From a virus, in IMG/VR virus record IMGVR_UViG_3300045988_047309, positions 1-64,000 of that record: 64,000 nt of DNA. The stretch is one strand, 5' to 3'. The stretch's first letter is position 1, and every line of letters starts with the position of its first letter. Of the stretch, positions 12,801-19,915 are shown in pieces. Made by a program: the position numbers and the translations under genes. Below the pieces are notes generated by a model. The model saw nothing but the letters and a program-made list of their open reading frames with translations, was not told where the DNA came from and did not search any database.

Positions 12801-15800
12801 ACCGAAGAAGATTCAGCATAAGTTTAGTGATGACGTATATAACGAGTTGAAGTCTATTACTGCTGGAGACTTCAATATCTATGGTATCGGAAAGGCTGAT
12901 GCCCAGAAAGTATTGGGTATGTACATTGATGCCAAGTTTGATGGCGATAAGGATTTGTATGAGGAGAAGACCAAGGCTTGGTTGGAAAGAAACAAGTCTA
13001 TCGTTGATGCTGGTAATAAGGGTGGAATGAGATATACCATTGCCAAAGAGAATGTTGAACTATACGATGAATATGGTTTCAACTATAAGAGTGTGCAGAC
13101 TTTCGTCCGTGATGTAGAGTATGACCATCGCAAGACAGGTGTTGACATGAATGCCACGCTTAATGATGTTGAAGACTACATTAAGACCAATAACCTGACG
13201 GATGAATTCAATACTTGGCTGGAAGGTAAAGAAAAGGAGTATGGTATTAAGGAGGTAATCTTTGATGGCTTCACTCCAAGCGGCAATCGTAGATATGTAC
13301 CAAACACCTTGGAGAATGTTTCCAAGATAATGAAGAAACAAGGCAGAAATGGTGCAACTGGAATATCGGTATCTTTCCAAAACTTCGCTGCAAGTTTGAT
13401 GCCTTCTTATGGAACATTGAAGGATATTCGCTCCAAGAAAGGCTTGTTGACTTCTGATCATGAGGATTTAGATAAGTTCAACGAAAAGTGGTCTAAAGTA
13501 TTCTTTGAACTTGGCATGAAGTGCCAGCCTGATGCAACTGGAACTTTTGATGATTATGGTTTGGCAAGGCTCTCTGAGGCGGCAAAGACAAGTGATCCAC
13601 AAGCCTATTTGAAGAAGGAGTACAATGTGGACTTCTCAGATGGGGATACGAAACGTTTGAAGGAAATGGTTAAGGCTATCAAGGAAGAGTCCCCAGCCAT
13701 GTACTTTGAAACAAAGTTTGAACGTCCTGTTGGCTTTAACGAGTTCTCTTCTGCTGTGGTCCCAACAACGGCAAGTGACGAGGTTAAGCAGGCTTTGCAG
13801 AATGCTGGTGTTCAGATTTACGAGTACGATAAGGAGAAGGAAGGAGACCGCAGTCGTGCCTTCAATGAAGCTATCAACGGTAGTGACAATATTCGTTTCT
13901 CTCTGAAATCAATGATGGAGAAACCTGAGGGATGGAAACAAGCCAACAAGAAGGCTATACATATTGCAGAAGCTATAGAGCGTGACCCTAAGTTCTCCTT
14001 GAAGAACCTTGATGGCACTCTCATTAAGGCAGGAACCTATTTCAGTGGTGGTGGTCTTGTTGAGGAAGGCTTGAAGGGTATCATCGACCCAGTGGTGGCA
14101 GTGGAGTATGACGAGAAGATAAGCGGTGTATATCGCAATAACTTCGGGCAGCACATCGTTACTGCTGATGTTCGTGATGTTGACCCTAAGGAGTTGGTGA
14201 AGCAGATAGATGGCGAGGTGGAGTACTTCCATGCCAGCCCAGTCTGCAAGAACTACTCTCAGGCGAAGAGTAACCATGCAGAGGTGGAACTTGACAAGGA
14301 GACTGCTGCAAGTACTGCCGAGTTTATCAATGCTATTAAGCCAAAGGTGGTGACCATTGAAAACGTGAAGGGATATAAGGATTCGGAAGCGATGAAGATT
14401 ATCACGGATGCCCTGGATGCCAACGGTTATACTTGGGATGCAGATGTGTATAATGCTGCTGACTATGGCGGCTACACCAACCGAGAGAGGTTGATTGTCC
14501 GTGCGGTTCGTGATGGTAAACTCCCTGAAAAGCCAAAGAAGATGGCACACAAGAGCGGATGGTATGAAGCTGTGGCTGATATTATCCCGACCCTGACCGA
14601 GAAGAAGAATGGTGTGGCTCCTTGGATGGATATTCGCTTGAAGGCTGATGGTATTGACTGGAGAAACATTGACAAGCCATTGTATGTGATGGGTAGTGCT
14701 TATGCTGATGGCAAGATTCCTCATGCTTTTGCTGACGAACTCCTGCCAACACTCAGAACCAAGAGTGGTGATGTGATTGTTATGCCTGATGGCAAGGTAT
14801 ATCGTGCTATGGGCAGAGTGCTCGCAAGAGTATCAGGAGTGAGCGATGATTACAAGATGCCATTCTCCGAGAACCTGAGCCATACCATCATCGGTAATGG
14901 AATACCTACCCAGTTGACGGAACATGTGATTGCTCCTCTTTTGCAGAACACCTTGCGCCCAACTACTCCTGATGATGGTAATACCAAGTTCTCTCTCCGT
15001 GGCTCCACACCTTACGACAAGCAGATGGAAGAGTGGATGGAGAAGAACCATTTAGAAAAGGGTGCTGTTCCTATGGAAAAACCTGTCATGAAGGAAGGTG
15101 AGAACATTTTTGATTATGCCAACAGAATGGTAGAGTGGACTCGCAATCAGAACTTGTGGAAGACCGCTCCTAAGCAGACTGGATTCCAAGATGCACTCGA
15201 CAAGTGGAAGGCTGACAATGGTCTTTCTCCTGATGCTTATCCACCTGTCCGTCCTCATCGTGAAAACTATTCAACAGAAATCGGTTATACAGAAGACTTG
15301 GAGGAGTACAACAAGAAGAAAGAACTCTGGAAGTCTGCTCCAAAGCCAAAGGACTTTGATTTGTCCGTTGACTTGGAGGATATGAACAAGCAGCTTCGTA
15401 ATATCAGAAGAGCGGTTCTGAATCAGAAGAACTATGACCAGAGAACGGTTAAGGCGGTATCTGACCTTGTAAGAAAGATGCTCAACATTGGATGGGGTGA
15501 CGGATTGAGCAGGGGTAAGGTAGGCAACCTTCTCTCTGCTGCCAAGAATGCCACTGGAGCCAATGACGTGAAGAAGTATCTCGACAAGGCTATGGGAATC
15601 CTTGCTGAAAACTATCTCAACCGTCTCTCTACTGCCTACGACAACCTTATCAATACCAGGGGTGCAAGGGCAGACCAGAGCGGTGTGATTAAGATGGGTT
15701 CTCTTGATGCCAAGGGTCAGGCTTTCATGAGCGAGTATAAGAAGGCTATCAATATGGATGATAGCTCTCTGAATACCTATATAGCAAACATTGAGGAAGA

Positions 15801-18800
15801 TTCTGCCAAGAATGAAGATAATGTGGAAATGAATGACTACAGACTGGCTGGTATTCAAGCTGCCATCATGTATAAGCAGCAGATTGGCGGCAATGATGCC
15901 GATATTTCCGAGTTGAAGAGACAGATTGGTGAGTTGAAGAATAAGAAGGATGCTACCAAGGAAGACAAGGATTTGTTGAAGTCCTTGGAAAAGAAACTCT
16001 TTGAGAATAAGTTTGACCGCATCACCATGTACGAGAATCTTCTGAATAATATTCAGAGAATGGTGAAGGAGAGTAAGGGTAGGGCAAAGGAGTTCCGAGA
16101 GGAGATTACTGAGCACAAGAATGAAATCCTGCATCGTGCCAACTTGGATTTGGAAGGTGTGGATTCTGCCTATTATGATACCACAACTGCCAAGAAGAAG
16201 TTTGTGAATAATCCTATTCTCCGTTTCGTCATGTCTTCAACATACACATTTGAGCAGTTCTTGAAGTTCTTTGGCAGACATCATGCAAATGGTGAAGGCT
16301 ATCTCTACAACTACTTTATGTCTGAATGGCAGGATGCAGCAGACGAACAGCAGTTGTATAATGAAATGAACCGCAATGCCCTTGATGAGAAGACCAAGGA
16401 GTTGTTCGGCAAGAAGAACTTCACAAAACTGGTAGGTATTGATGGCAAGGGTATGAAGGAAATGGACGTTGAGGTTACTGACTACTCCAACAAGGAGACT
16501 GGTAAGCGAACCATCCATCTGAAACAAGGTCAGATGCTCTATATCTATCTGGTCAATAAGGAGACTGATGGAGAAATGAAACTCCGTGCTATGGGTATCA
16601 CAGAGGAAAAAGTGGCTGAAATCGAGGAAAATCTTGACCCAAGAGTGAAGGCTATTGGTGAGTGGTTGCAGGATGAATATCTTCCTGAATGTCAGAGAAG
16701 ATACCAAGCTACCCATACCAAGTACTTCGGTGCTCCTATGAAGGAGGTGGAGAACTATTTCCCTCTTGCCATCAATAACCGGGCAAGAAATATCAGGGAA
16801 GATTTGAATCAAGATACTGATGCAATAAGTCGATTGGCTGGTACTTCTACTGGTGCTATTATTACACGAAGGGTGAACGTAATTCCTCTTGATATAGAGA
16901 ATGCCGATGCTTTTGCGGTTGCCTTCAACCATCTGGATGAAATGGAAGAGTGGTCTGCTTACTTGCCATTTATACAAGATGTCAACACCTTACTCTCTTC
17001 TACTCATTTCAGAAATCAGGTAATGAACATGTCTTCTGCTGCCTACGGAAGTGGTAAAACCTTATGGGAGGAGTTTAAGAAAGTGGCTCAGATTGCTGCT
17101 GGAACATACAAGCCAAAGGTTGACAATGGTATGATGGATAGCAAGATTGCTGCTGTTGTCGGTGGTATTGCTACCGCAAAGATTTCAGGTCGTTTGTGGA
17201 CTGCCTTTAAACAAACTCAGTCTGCAACCACGTTCCTTACTGAATGTGACCCAGCTAGATTCTTGTGGTATGGTGTTAACCCATACGGCTCATGGCATTG
17301 GGCTTATGATAACCTTCCATTGTTCCGTAAGCGTGTAGAGCAGTTGACTGCTGGTGATGTAAAGGTAAGACAATTCTTGGATGAGTTAGAGAAATACCAT
17401 GACTGGACAAAGACTATTGCAAAGGTTGGTATGTCTCCTAATATACTTGTTGACTCTGTAACTTGTGCGGTTGGTGCTCGTTCCGTTTATGAGACTGAAT
17501 TGAATAAACTGACCAAGTTGGGCTATTCAAAAGATAAGGCAGAGGAGAAGGCTATACAAAAGGCATCGCTTTCATACAATAAGACTCAGCAATCGTCTGA
17601 GGGTGCTTTCTTATCTCCAATGCAGGTTGATAGAACATACGTATCTGCTGCTTTGTCGCTCTATAAAAATGCTAACTATGCTTATGGTAGAAAGAAGATT
17701 GAAGCAATTAGAGGTATAGCCAAGACGTATAGATTCTGGGGTGAACATAAAAATGCCATGATTGGTTCAATGACAAGACAGATTATGGATGAGGATGGTC
17801 TTGATGAAAATGTTGCTAATGCTATCGCAAAAAGAGCATATACAAGAACATTTTGGTATAATATAGGTACGCTCCTGAATTACATGACTATCGTTCCGAT
17901 TTCTTGGGCTGCATACAAGGTGCTTCTATATCTCCTGAATGGTGATGATGATGACAAGAAAAAGAAGATGATTGAGGAAGCGTGCTTAAAAGGATTTGCT
18001 ACCACAACATTTGATGATTATGTGATTCCGTTTGCTTCAAATGTCCTGAATGCAGGATTGAACATAGAAGATGGCAAGATAGGTTTTGATACTGATGTTT
18101 TCAAGTATCAGAATTTATATATCAACCCAGCTACATCTGACTTGTCGAATATCTATTCTATGATAGGTAATCAGAAATGGTGGTCTGCTGGCAACAAATT
18201 CGGTATGCTTGGCATTCAGATGCTCGTAGGATTCAATCCTGAGACCATAGGAGCACTCTATCAGGCTTACGATGAGTTTGATAAGGATAGCGGTAATATG
18301 CCATTGGAGATTAAACTTGCCGTATTGAAGTCTATAAGTGCCCCTGAGGAGAGTATAAGAGGTCTCTATATGGATGAACTCGGTCTTGATAATGAGGATA
18401 GAACCAAGGTTCCATTGTCGGTACTGGAGCAGAGATATGCCGAGAGACAGATTAATCGTGACAACCTTCTGTCTCAGATTGCCATGCCGAAGGAAACTTT
18501 TGATGGCTATGTTGAAAAGTACAAAAAGTCTTTCGAGAAGAAGATTCAGGATAAGATGGATAAGATGGATGCTTACGACCAGAGGAAGTTTGATGCTATC
18601 TTTGATACTACTACAGACCCTGCATTGAAGGGTATGATGGAAAAGAAACGTACCAAGGATGCCAATGCTGCTGCTGACGAGCAGATAGCAAAGGAAGGTC
18701 TGAATCAAGAGAAGAAGGGTAAGGAGCCTAGCGAAGAAGCTTACGATGCAGTAAAGATGTCTATTGATGTGGCGGAAGATAATGCTATCAGTACCTACAA

Positions 18801-19065
18801 TAAGGTGCTCAACAAGCGATACGCTGCCCTGAATGATGAGTACAACAATCAGACAGATGCAATGAAGTACATCTTTATGAGTAAGCATCCAAACTTCAAG
18901 GCATACAAGGATTTGGAATCTGAATATACCACGTATGGCAAGAAGATGAAGGAGTTGAAGGAAAAACTGGTTTCTGCTGACGGATATGATGCCAAGCAGA
19001 CAATCCTGAAACAGATACGTGCCGAAAGAGAGAAGTTCAGTGAACTGCAATCCAAGGTAAGATAA
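3805..19065 (+). CDS. giant polyvalent protein (5,086 aa)
   Basis: Single uninterrupted ORF. Contains an HEMTH zincin motif, a DGDHLD pyrophosphatase-like motif and C5-MTase motifs I/IV/VI/VIII/X. A recurrent KFSL[KR] linker separates the modules. The C-terminal ~1,350 aa carry a hydrophobic helix. Confidence 0.9.
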   Translation: MPINSKVKRLYDALKADGGDVGTPEEFNSWFFKPGKEGYKNRKSVYDTFKADGADVGKNYEEFGKWLGLHAVYPTVNKYHQQMLNSVDPNKSRASELTHRAVSQAKRGMNNVRKPVRGAVVNKQGKKVSEFDITPAKTVEDLDREYAQETTKNWENELHDQMADADKDAAKISDMFKSFIGSMDEVGSVWGNMTRGGGIAGTPHSVTTNNGLMKNTEARQLLIAGDYNRKRRELLQLEQDSRNGAFFDNHSFFRGMYDAAKDTGFLTGGAFNLISGFTMLKTKQDLDNGVHTKAGDMLMQQAVKNSNAQSQYGDNQGWMYTGGVITTNMAPFIVQIASAGFSKGLSTSIGKVVQGAASKVALGTMKKAAGFASADLAKNIGKVTGLTTKAFGKAIQYGIVGAAQANTVGLGNVANDVINRYTGQVYQDEQGNYKFGTFDSDGKLVHEGGEDFLTAFVKGDAAQTIEFATELAGGGIDAVGTALKNFVTKGGKKIINKYNMENVSKVIDFLLNNKVSKNVRYLKAGADRTLGKVEVNSIVGESLEEELGIIANTVFTGDNKISDLWDEKQQSQIWGGMLLSIGLMKGVVAPFHAYNAKQYYSYKHKLNKADVNLSQLLGKEKWEELRNQIDATTNEDMPEMVNRINRDVALGKNRQPVREYIQNLLIMRGYDIGNMLAAKKAVEDKGEGVSVKNMEKNQAYQQGRDAYGYDTHEIQLDQEDKQKSLAQLLGISEQQLASMSDEELESFSGRDDNIDRAIYDYQLSSARYEGVVDNARDQIDLEVQRAAQAVDMYTDKSRNTIRNATIKASGGLEDYGVYIISGNIATHDDGSIDVSNSDDMILYYDPTTNTVEHADAMMFAELGSEENADEVRSQAMADAKEKAIKETTGIIDGVVEVGTQFKTVGADGTEHTYEVLADNGDGTAMITIDGNIPTELVKGENVNIPVSFEELQKMKDESDQQRLQAAKAQREQVEKERAEQQMQAQTTQAENPTQEDNIQSTPIEDNIDYSDIIREDGKVQMVDVSDKDGNNLFPDAKDVFYIQGNKMRTKFVYIDANGELKTQSFPTGLVKIKTRGEVSVDDYKKYRNTLLSAESSAIPESSMIEDNSGTIEANRGGIEVEDNTQPLSEADADNVIAQMESSAETAPDLELTPDNWTAEFGEDGILSTPIGDVKMGENQVAKLFEKGRSKEFGMIKPTLTNPDVIIEVPSHSADGNEERSSSYLFIKTFLGKNGKKVYYFKSVTIKKDGLEISISSNYDRAKRVKEALMKGKLLYRKNDGAQTEQNQPSTSVATSQEDAAGSSESKFTNISANDNENNESLTFEDGTPIPVDESGETDLSQTDAAHAAEWYDNNLGEDADDWLDGEIKKAKKVLEQAKNKKLAGTKPSELVASKKEKEAAIADAQAHYDSAISIRDSLKERRIAKEENTAEGRKSLIEKARRKFTRLKNSEEWSERTGDLWNETVGKLLHRLYDATGIDVFDDTPNTVYEYVAENVGPYSLNYEGNDNSKGVQQETGLSRSDFAKLGWLAAEGKGMTIDAKVHRLWENRPSNLESADTQEIRNALISLITSGQTAFQARDYILNQRIELAESALEEQLRQEEDAAEAQKAKEEEEKKKAELEKKAEEEKTNENRNTPELSHEQQKAMEEGEKLGFPAVDKEGEPINQNVIELANWAKEQGLEIDPTSKSNSYADLYVMCKEGFGVSTLVPDVGEDINQVFYFPDNVQGEQLAKLQEEFNVGRDLKHSADMNSELTEGVMFYDGDTAREFRDFVNEKVNEESKTIEVPEDATDDAPLGEQLDESDLPFSAKDNGQQQTTSERAADVEKNKVDDMKVVDNIVGQKTRKAFDRLAKMMGANIQWQYSDKLGNGWIQETTDADGNVHRTIFITLDSSITEGAQFIFGHEMTHQIKNLNPAAYDELTQLVLDTYGSDAFDKAVDETMQRYSDAGFSGRDRDYYAEEVVADAVGEMIRDLNLAHTLAMKMSHPLLAAIHEILQKIKLAFYGTEYSDATKNIIRSIEQAYVKTAKGLVENSDTGEDVSFSLRQKPEPKKKGVGYKVFVLKDGKLYPPMVANPDGAATPVGVWLDADAAPIAGESKTGRPQVKQGGKGTQGGSGKLAYRPGWHLGVVPYAIQFNRKDAEGNKTLFPKNFVFAEVEYAADVDYQDEARQEGINPSGKYQHSLAGLKHLPTDGYYMYRTNPNPETDPWVITGAMKVNRILTRAEQADLVIKAGREPQQIQEGDIVTDDVVNSINQEIADAPKFSLKVYHGSGADFTEFDFDHMGEGAGSQVFGWGGYVTSSKKIGKSYANLVDANAPYQDVEYVGNNAHEYTDIVAGLFNGGQRDYDDVKEFLQNGYNSDKDNARKKQMLEWFESTKPSDWKSVNDGKRNLYEVDIPDDNGSNYLDWENPLNEEQINAIRDALAKNGVDVSSWENRGFKLDLPFKDVYAAVLPMMMRCEPKEVSKFLSSLGFTGIKYPAGTIQGGAEEGDTNYVIFKPEDMKITQHTKFSLRLKAAIEETETNPSDAQKESGNYKKGHIKFGGYDYTIENPKGSTRSGKDADGKEWKITMHDTYGYIRGKFGKDGDHLDMFINDKADLDNWNGDVFVVDQVNPDGSFDEHKVMYGYDSMDDAEKAYLANYSDGWQGLGNITGASKDEFDKWLDTSNRKLKPFADYAKVKFSHAQSVSKPRYSLKDIKPIGVGAFGNIYNQFRGKSKAAIEFLKKLGSGEATAALHHHTIGDISLVWGDKKAGLDKILRKHPEVVDNLQSIIDSMEVVQESDNRVKLESPTHFAVVSKEYKGEPREQWLLTAYEKRESLENDKSMDTATSSLGGDTALSQSKGSAAKIDNSSETAKENGEKFSLKDEKTLAGVHNITEEKLRKAIKQGGLANPSVAVIDSSKQNHEDYGDISLILPSEKVAKRTGKNAGTWQGDAWTPTYPQVERQMSNNGAAKASKDVSSVPGDMYNEVRRGLDRWLDGGEGNSAMAYIFLHEKGVAPEPKKIQHKFSDDVYNELKSITAGDFNIYGIGKADAQKVLGMYIDAKFDGDKDLYEEKTKAWLERNKSIVDAGNKGGMRYTIAKENVELYDEYGFNYKSVQTFVRDVEYDHRKTGVDMNATLNDVEDYIKTNNLTDEFNTWLEGKEKEYGIKEVIFDGFTPSGNRRYVPNTLENVSKIMKKQGRNGATGISVSFQNFAASLMPSYGTLKDIRSKKGLLTSDHEDLDKFNEKWSKVFFELGMKCQPDATGTFDDYGLARLSEAAKTSDPQAYLKKEYNVDFSDGDTKRLKEMVKAIKEESPAMYFETKFERPVGFNEFSSAVVPTTASDEVKQALQNAGVQIYEYDKEKEGDRSRAFNEAINGSDNIRFSLKSMMEKPEGWKQANKKAIHIAEAIERDPKFSLKNLDGTLIKAGTYFSGGGLVEEGLKGIIDPVVAVEYDEKISGVYRNNFGQHIVTADVRDVDPKELVKQIDGEVEYFHASPVCKNYSQAKSNHAEVELDKETAASTAEFINAIKPKVVTIENVKGYKDSEAMKIITDALDANGYTWDADVYNAADYGGYTNRERLIVRAVRDGKLPEKPKKMAHKSGWYEAVADIIPTLTEKKNGVAPWMDIRLKADGIDWRNIDKPLYVMGSAYADGKIPHAFADELLPTLRTKSGDVIVMPDGKVYRAMGRVLARVSGVSDDYKMPFSENLSHTIIGNGIPTQLTEHVIAPLLQNTLRPTTPDDGNTKFSLRGSTPYDKQMEEWMEKNHLEKGAVPMEKPVMKEGENIFDYANRMVEWTRNQNLWKTAPKQTGFQDALDKWKADNGLSPDAYPPVRPHRENYSTEIGYTEDLEEYNKKKELWKSAPKPKDFDLSVDLEDMNKQLRNIRRAVLNQKNYDQRTVKAVSDLVRKMLNIGWGDGLSRGKVGNLLSAAKNATGANDVKKYLDKAMGILAENYLNRLSTAYDNLINTRGARADQSGVIKMGSLDAKGQAFMSEYKKAINMDDSSLNTYIANIEEDSAKNEDNVEMNDYRLAGIQAAIMYKQQIGGNDADISELKRQIGELKNKKDATKEDKDLLKSLEKKLFENKFDRITMYENLLNNIQRMVKESKGRAKEFREEITEHKNEILHRANLDLEGVDSAYYDTTTAKKKFVNNPILRFVMSSTYTFEQFLKFFGRHHANGEGYLYNYFMSEWQDAADEQQLYNEMNRNALDEKTKELFGKKNFTKLVGIDGKGMKEMDVEVTDYSNKETGKRTIHLKQGQMLYIYLVNKETDGEMKLRAMGITEEKVAEIEENLDPRVKAIGEWLQDEYLPECQRRYQATHTKYFGAPMKEVENYFPLAINNRARNIREDLNQDTDAISRLAGTSTGAIITRRVNVIPLDIENADAFAVAFNHLDEMEEWSAYLPFIQDVNTLLSSTHFRNQVMNMSSAAYGSGKTLWEEFKKVAQIAAGTYKPKVDNGMMDSKIAAVVGGIATAKISGRLWTAFKQTQSATTFLTECDPARFLWYGVNPYGSWHWAYDNLPLFRKRVEQLTAGDVKVRQFLDELEKYHDWTKTIAKVGMSPNILVDSVTCAVGARSVYETELNKLTKLGYSKDKAEEKAIQKASLSYNKTQQSSEGAFLSPMQVDRTYVSAALSLYKNANYAYGRKKIEAIRGIAKTYRFWGEHKNAMIGSMTRQIMDEDGLDENVANAIAKRAYTRTFWYNIGTLLNYMTIVPISWAAYKVLLYLLNGDDDDKKKKMIEEACLKGFATTTFDDYVIPFASNVLNAGLNIEDGKIGFDTDVFKYQNLYINPATSDLSNIYSMIGNQKWWSAGNKFGMLGIQMLVGFNPETIGALYQAYDEFDKDSGNMPLEIKLAVLKSISAPEESIRGLYMDELGLDNEDRTKVPLSVLEQRYAERQINRDNLLSQIAMPKETFDGYVEKYKKSFEKKIQDKMDKMDAYDQRKFDAIFDTTTDPALKGMMEKKRTKDANAAADEQIAKEGLNQEKKGKEPSEEAYDAVKMSIDVAEDNAISTYNKVLNKRYAALNDEYNNQTDAMKYIFMSKHPNFKAYKDLESEYTTYGKKMKELKEKLVSADGYDAKQTILKQIRAEREKFSELQSKVR
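9235..9927 (+). other. zincin-like metallopeptidase module of the giant protein
   Basis: FIFGHEMTHQ (HEMTH at 9514-9528) with downstream EEVVADAVGE. Bounded by PFSAK and SFSLR linkers. Confidence 0.7.
11341..11874 (+). other. inorganic-pyrophosphatase-like module of the giant protein
   Basis: YTIENPKGS...YGYIRGKFGKDGDHLDMFI...DEHKVMYGY. DGDHLD (11554-11571) fits the PPase D-x-D-x-x-D signature apart from His at position 4. Confidence 0.6.
11887..12384 (+). other. small module, tentatively a Barnase/EndoU/RelE-like nuclease domain as found in polyvalent proteins
   Basis: GDISLVWGDKKAGLDKILRKHPEV...FAVVSKEY...WLLTAYEK pattern. This is recollection of the family only and needs a profile search. 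Confidence 0.3.
14005..14988 (+). other. DNA (cytosine-5) methyltransferase module of the giant protein
   Basis: YFSGGG (motif I, 14038-14055), HASPVCKNYS (motif IV, Cys codon at 14245), TIENVKG (VI), TNRERLIV (VIII), IGNGIP (X). Confidence 0.8.
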
Positions 19066-19075
19066 AACAAAAAAG

Positions 19076-19107
19076 GGGAGTAAGCGCAATGCCTACTCCC
19101 TTTTTTT
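19076..19107. terminator. bidirectional intrinsic terminator
   Basis: Stem 19076-19085 / 19091-19100 with one mismatch. A-run upstream and T7 (19101-19107) downstream. Sits between the giant ORF stop and the end of the minus-strand ORF. Confidence 0.75.
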
Positions 19108-19108
19108 C

Positions 19109-19522
19109 TTACTTGTCTTCATCTTCTCCCCAACCTTCTGGGAAGGTAACTTCAACATTTGGTTTTAGAACCTCGAAGGCTCTTCTTAACTCCAGCATTA
19201 CCTCGATGGCTCTCCGAACCGTAGGGTAGTCTGTCCAACTTTGCAGGGGAGTAACGGCTAACTATATGGCTGCATCGTTAATCTCGTTGCACACTTCGTC
19301 AACGTCTCCAAATGTTGACTCTACCATCTTCCAAAGAAGATTTAAATCCTTTTTCTGTTCCATATTGTGGTAGAAACTATAAAGGGACAGACTTACCTTT
19401 TGTTCAACGCACTCTACCACAACATGCGCCCATGCACCATTACAGTACACGGAAAGGAGTCTGCCCCTAATATCCTATGCCTAGACAGCAGTTTGAACGT
19501 CTGCCATCATCAGCGATTCCAT
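19109..19522 (-). pseudogene. TAG-interrupted ORF (pseudogene or amber-readthrough gene, ~137 codons)
   Basis: One frame is open from ATG 19520-19522 to TAA 19109-19111 except for three TAG codons (19481-83, 19475-77, 19262-64). It ends exactly at the terminator. Confidence 0.4.
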
Positions 19523-19616
19523 ACAAATTACATTTTACTTTGTGGTAGAAAATGCTTTTTATTTTGAACGAAGCAAAAGTACTCATAAAATCTCAAAGTG
19601 CCAAACATCGTAATAA

Positions 19617-19637
19617 GTTTAACACTAGTTTAACACT
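19617..19637 (+). repeat. tandem direct repeat GTTTAACACT x2
   Basis: Copies at 19617-19626 and 19628-19637. TTAACACT also occurs at 200-207. Confidence 0.7.
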
Positions 19638-19915
19638 CGTGGCTAACCAGAAGGCGAAGACTGAGAAGTAATACATATATGCTATCCCTGAAGGTTCTTG
19701 GCTTTCGGGGGATATTTGCTTTCATTCTGAAAATTTTCGTTTCTTTAATTTGGATAAAACTTTCAATCTGTTAGTATTTGCAAAGTTTAATATTTAAAGT
19801 TTTATATAAATCAATATATTCCATTCCTTTTTATTAGATTTGCCAAATCTAAGAACGTTCATAAATTCTATAATTTAATAATTCTCAATCAAAAATAAAC
19901 TAAAAATGAAGGCTT

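Noticed and set aside
12937-12954. FDGDKD (D-x-D-x-D) inside the giant protein, which raised the idea of a crAss-type virion RNA polymerase
   Set aside because: It is an isolated short match inside a ~500-aa module. No double-psi beta-barrel context or other RNAP motifs are visible, and the protein otherwise fits the polyvalent-protein pattern.
2024-19089. Many long minus-strand ORFs inside the giant gene and its two upstream genes (for example 2999..3733, 3790..4464, 13909..14724, 15271..16134, 16237..16977, 18115..19089), plus short alternative-frame plus-strand ORFs
   Set aside because: They lie antisense or out of frame to an ORF with multiple recognisable enzyme motifs. They have Leu/Ser/Cys/His-rich antisense-type composition and no start context.
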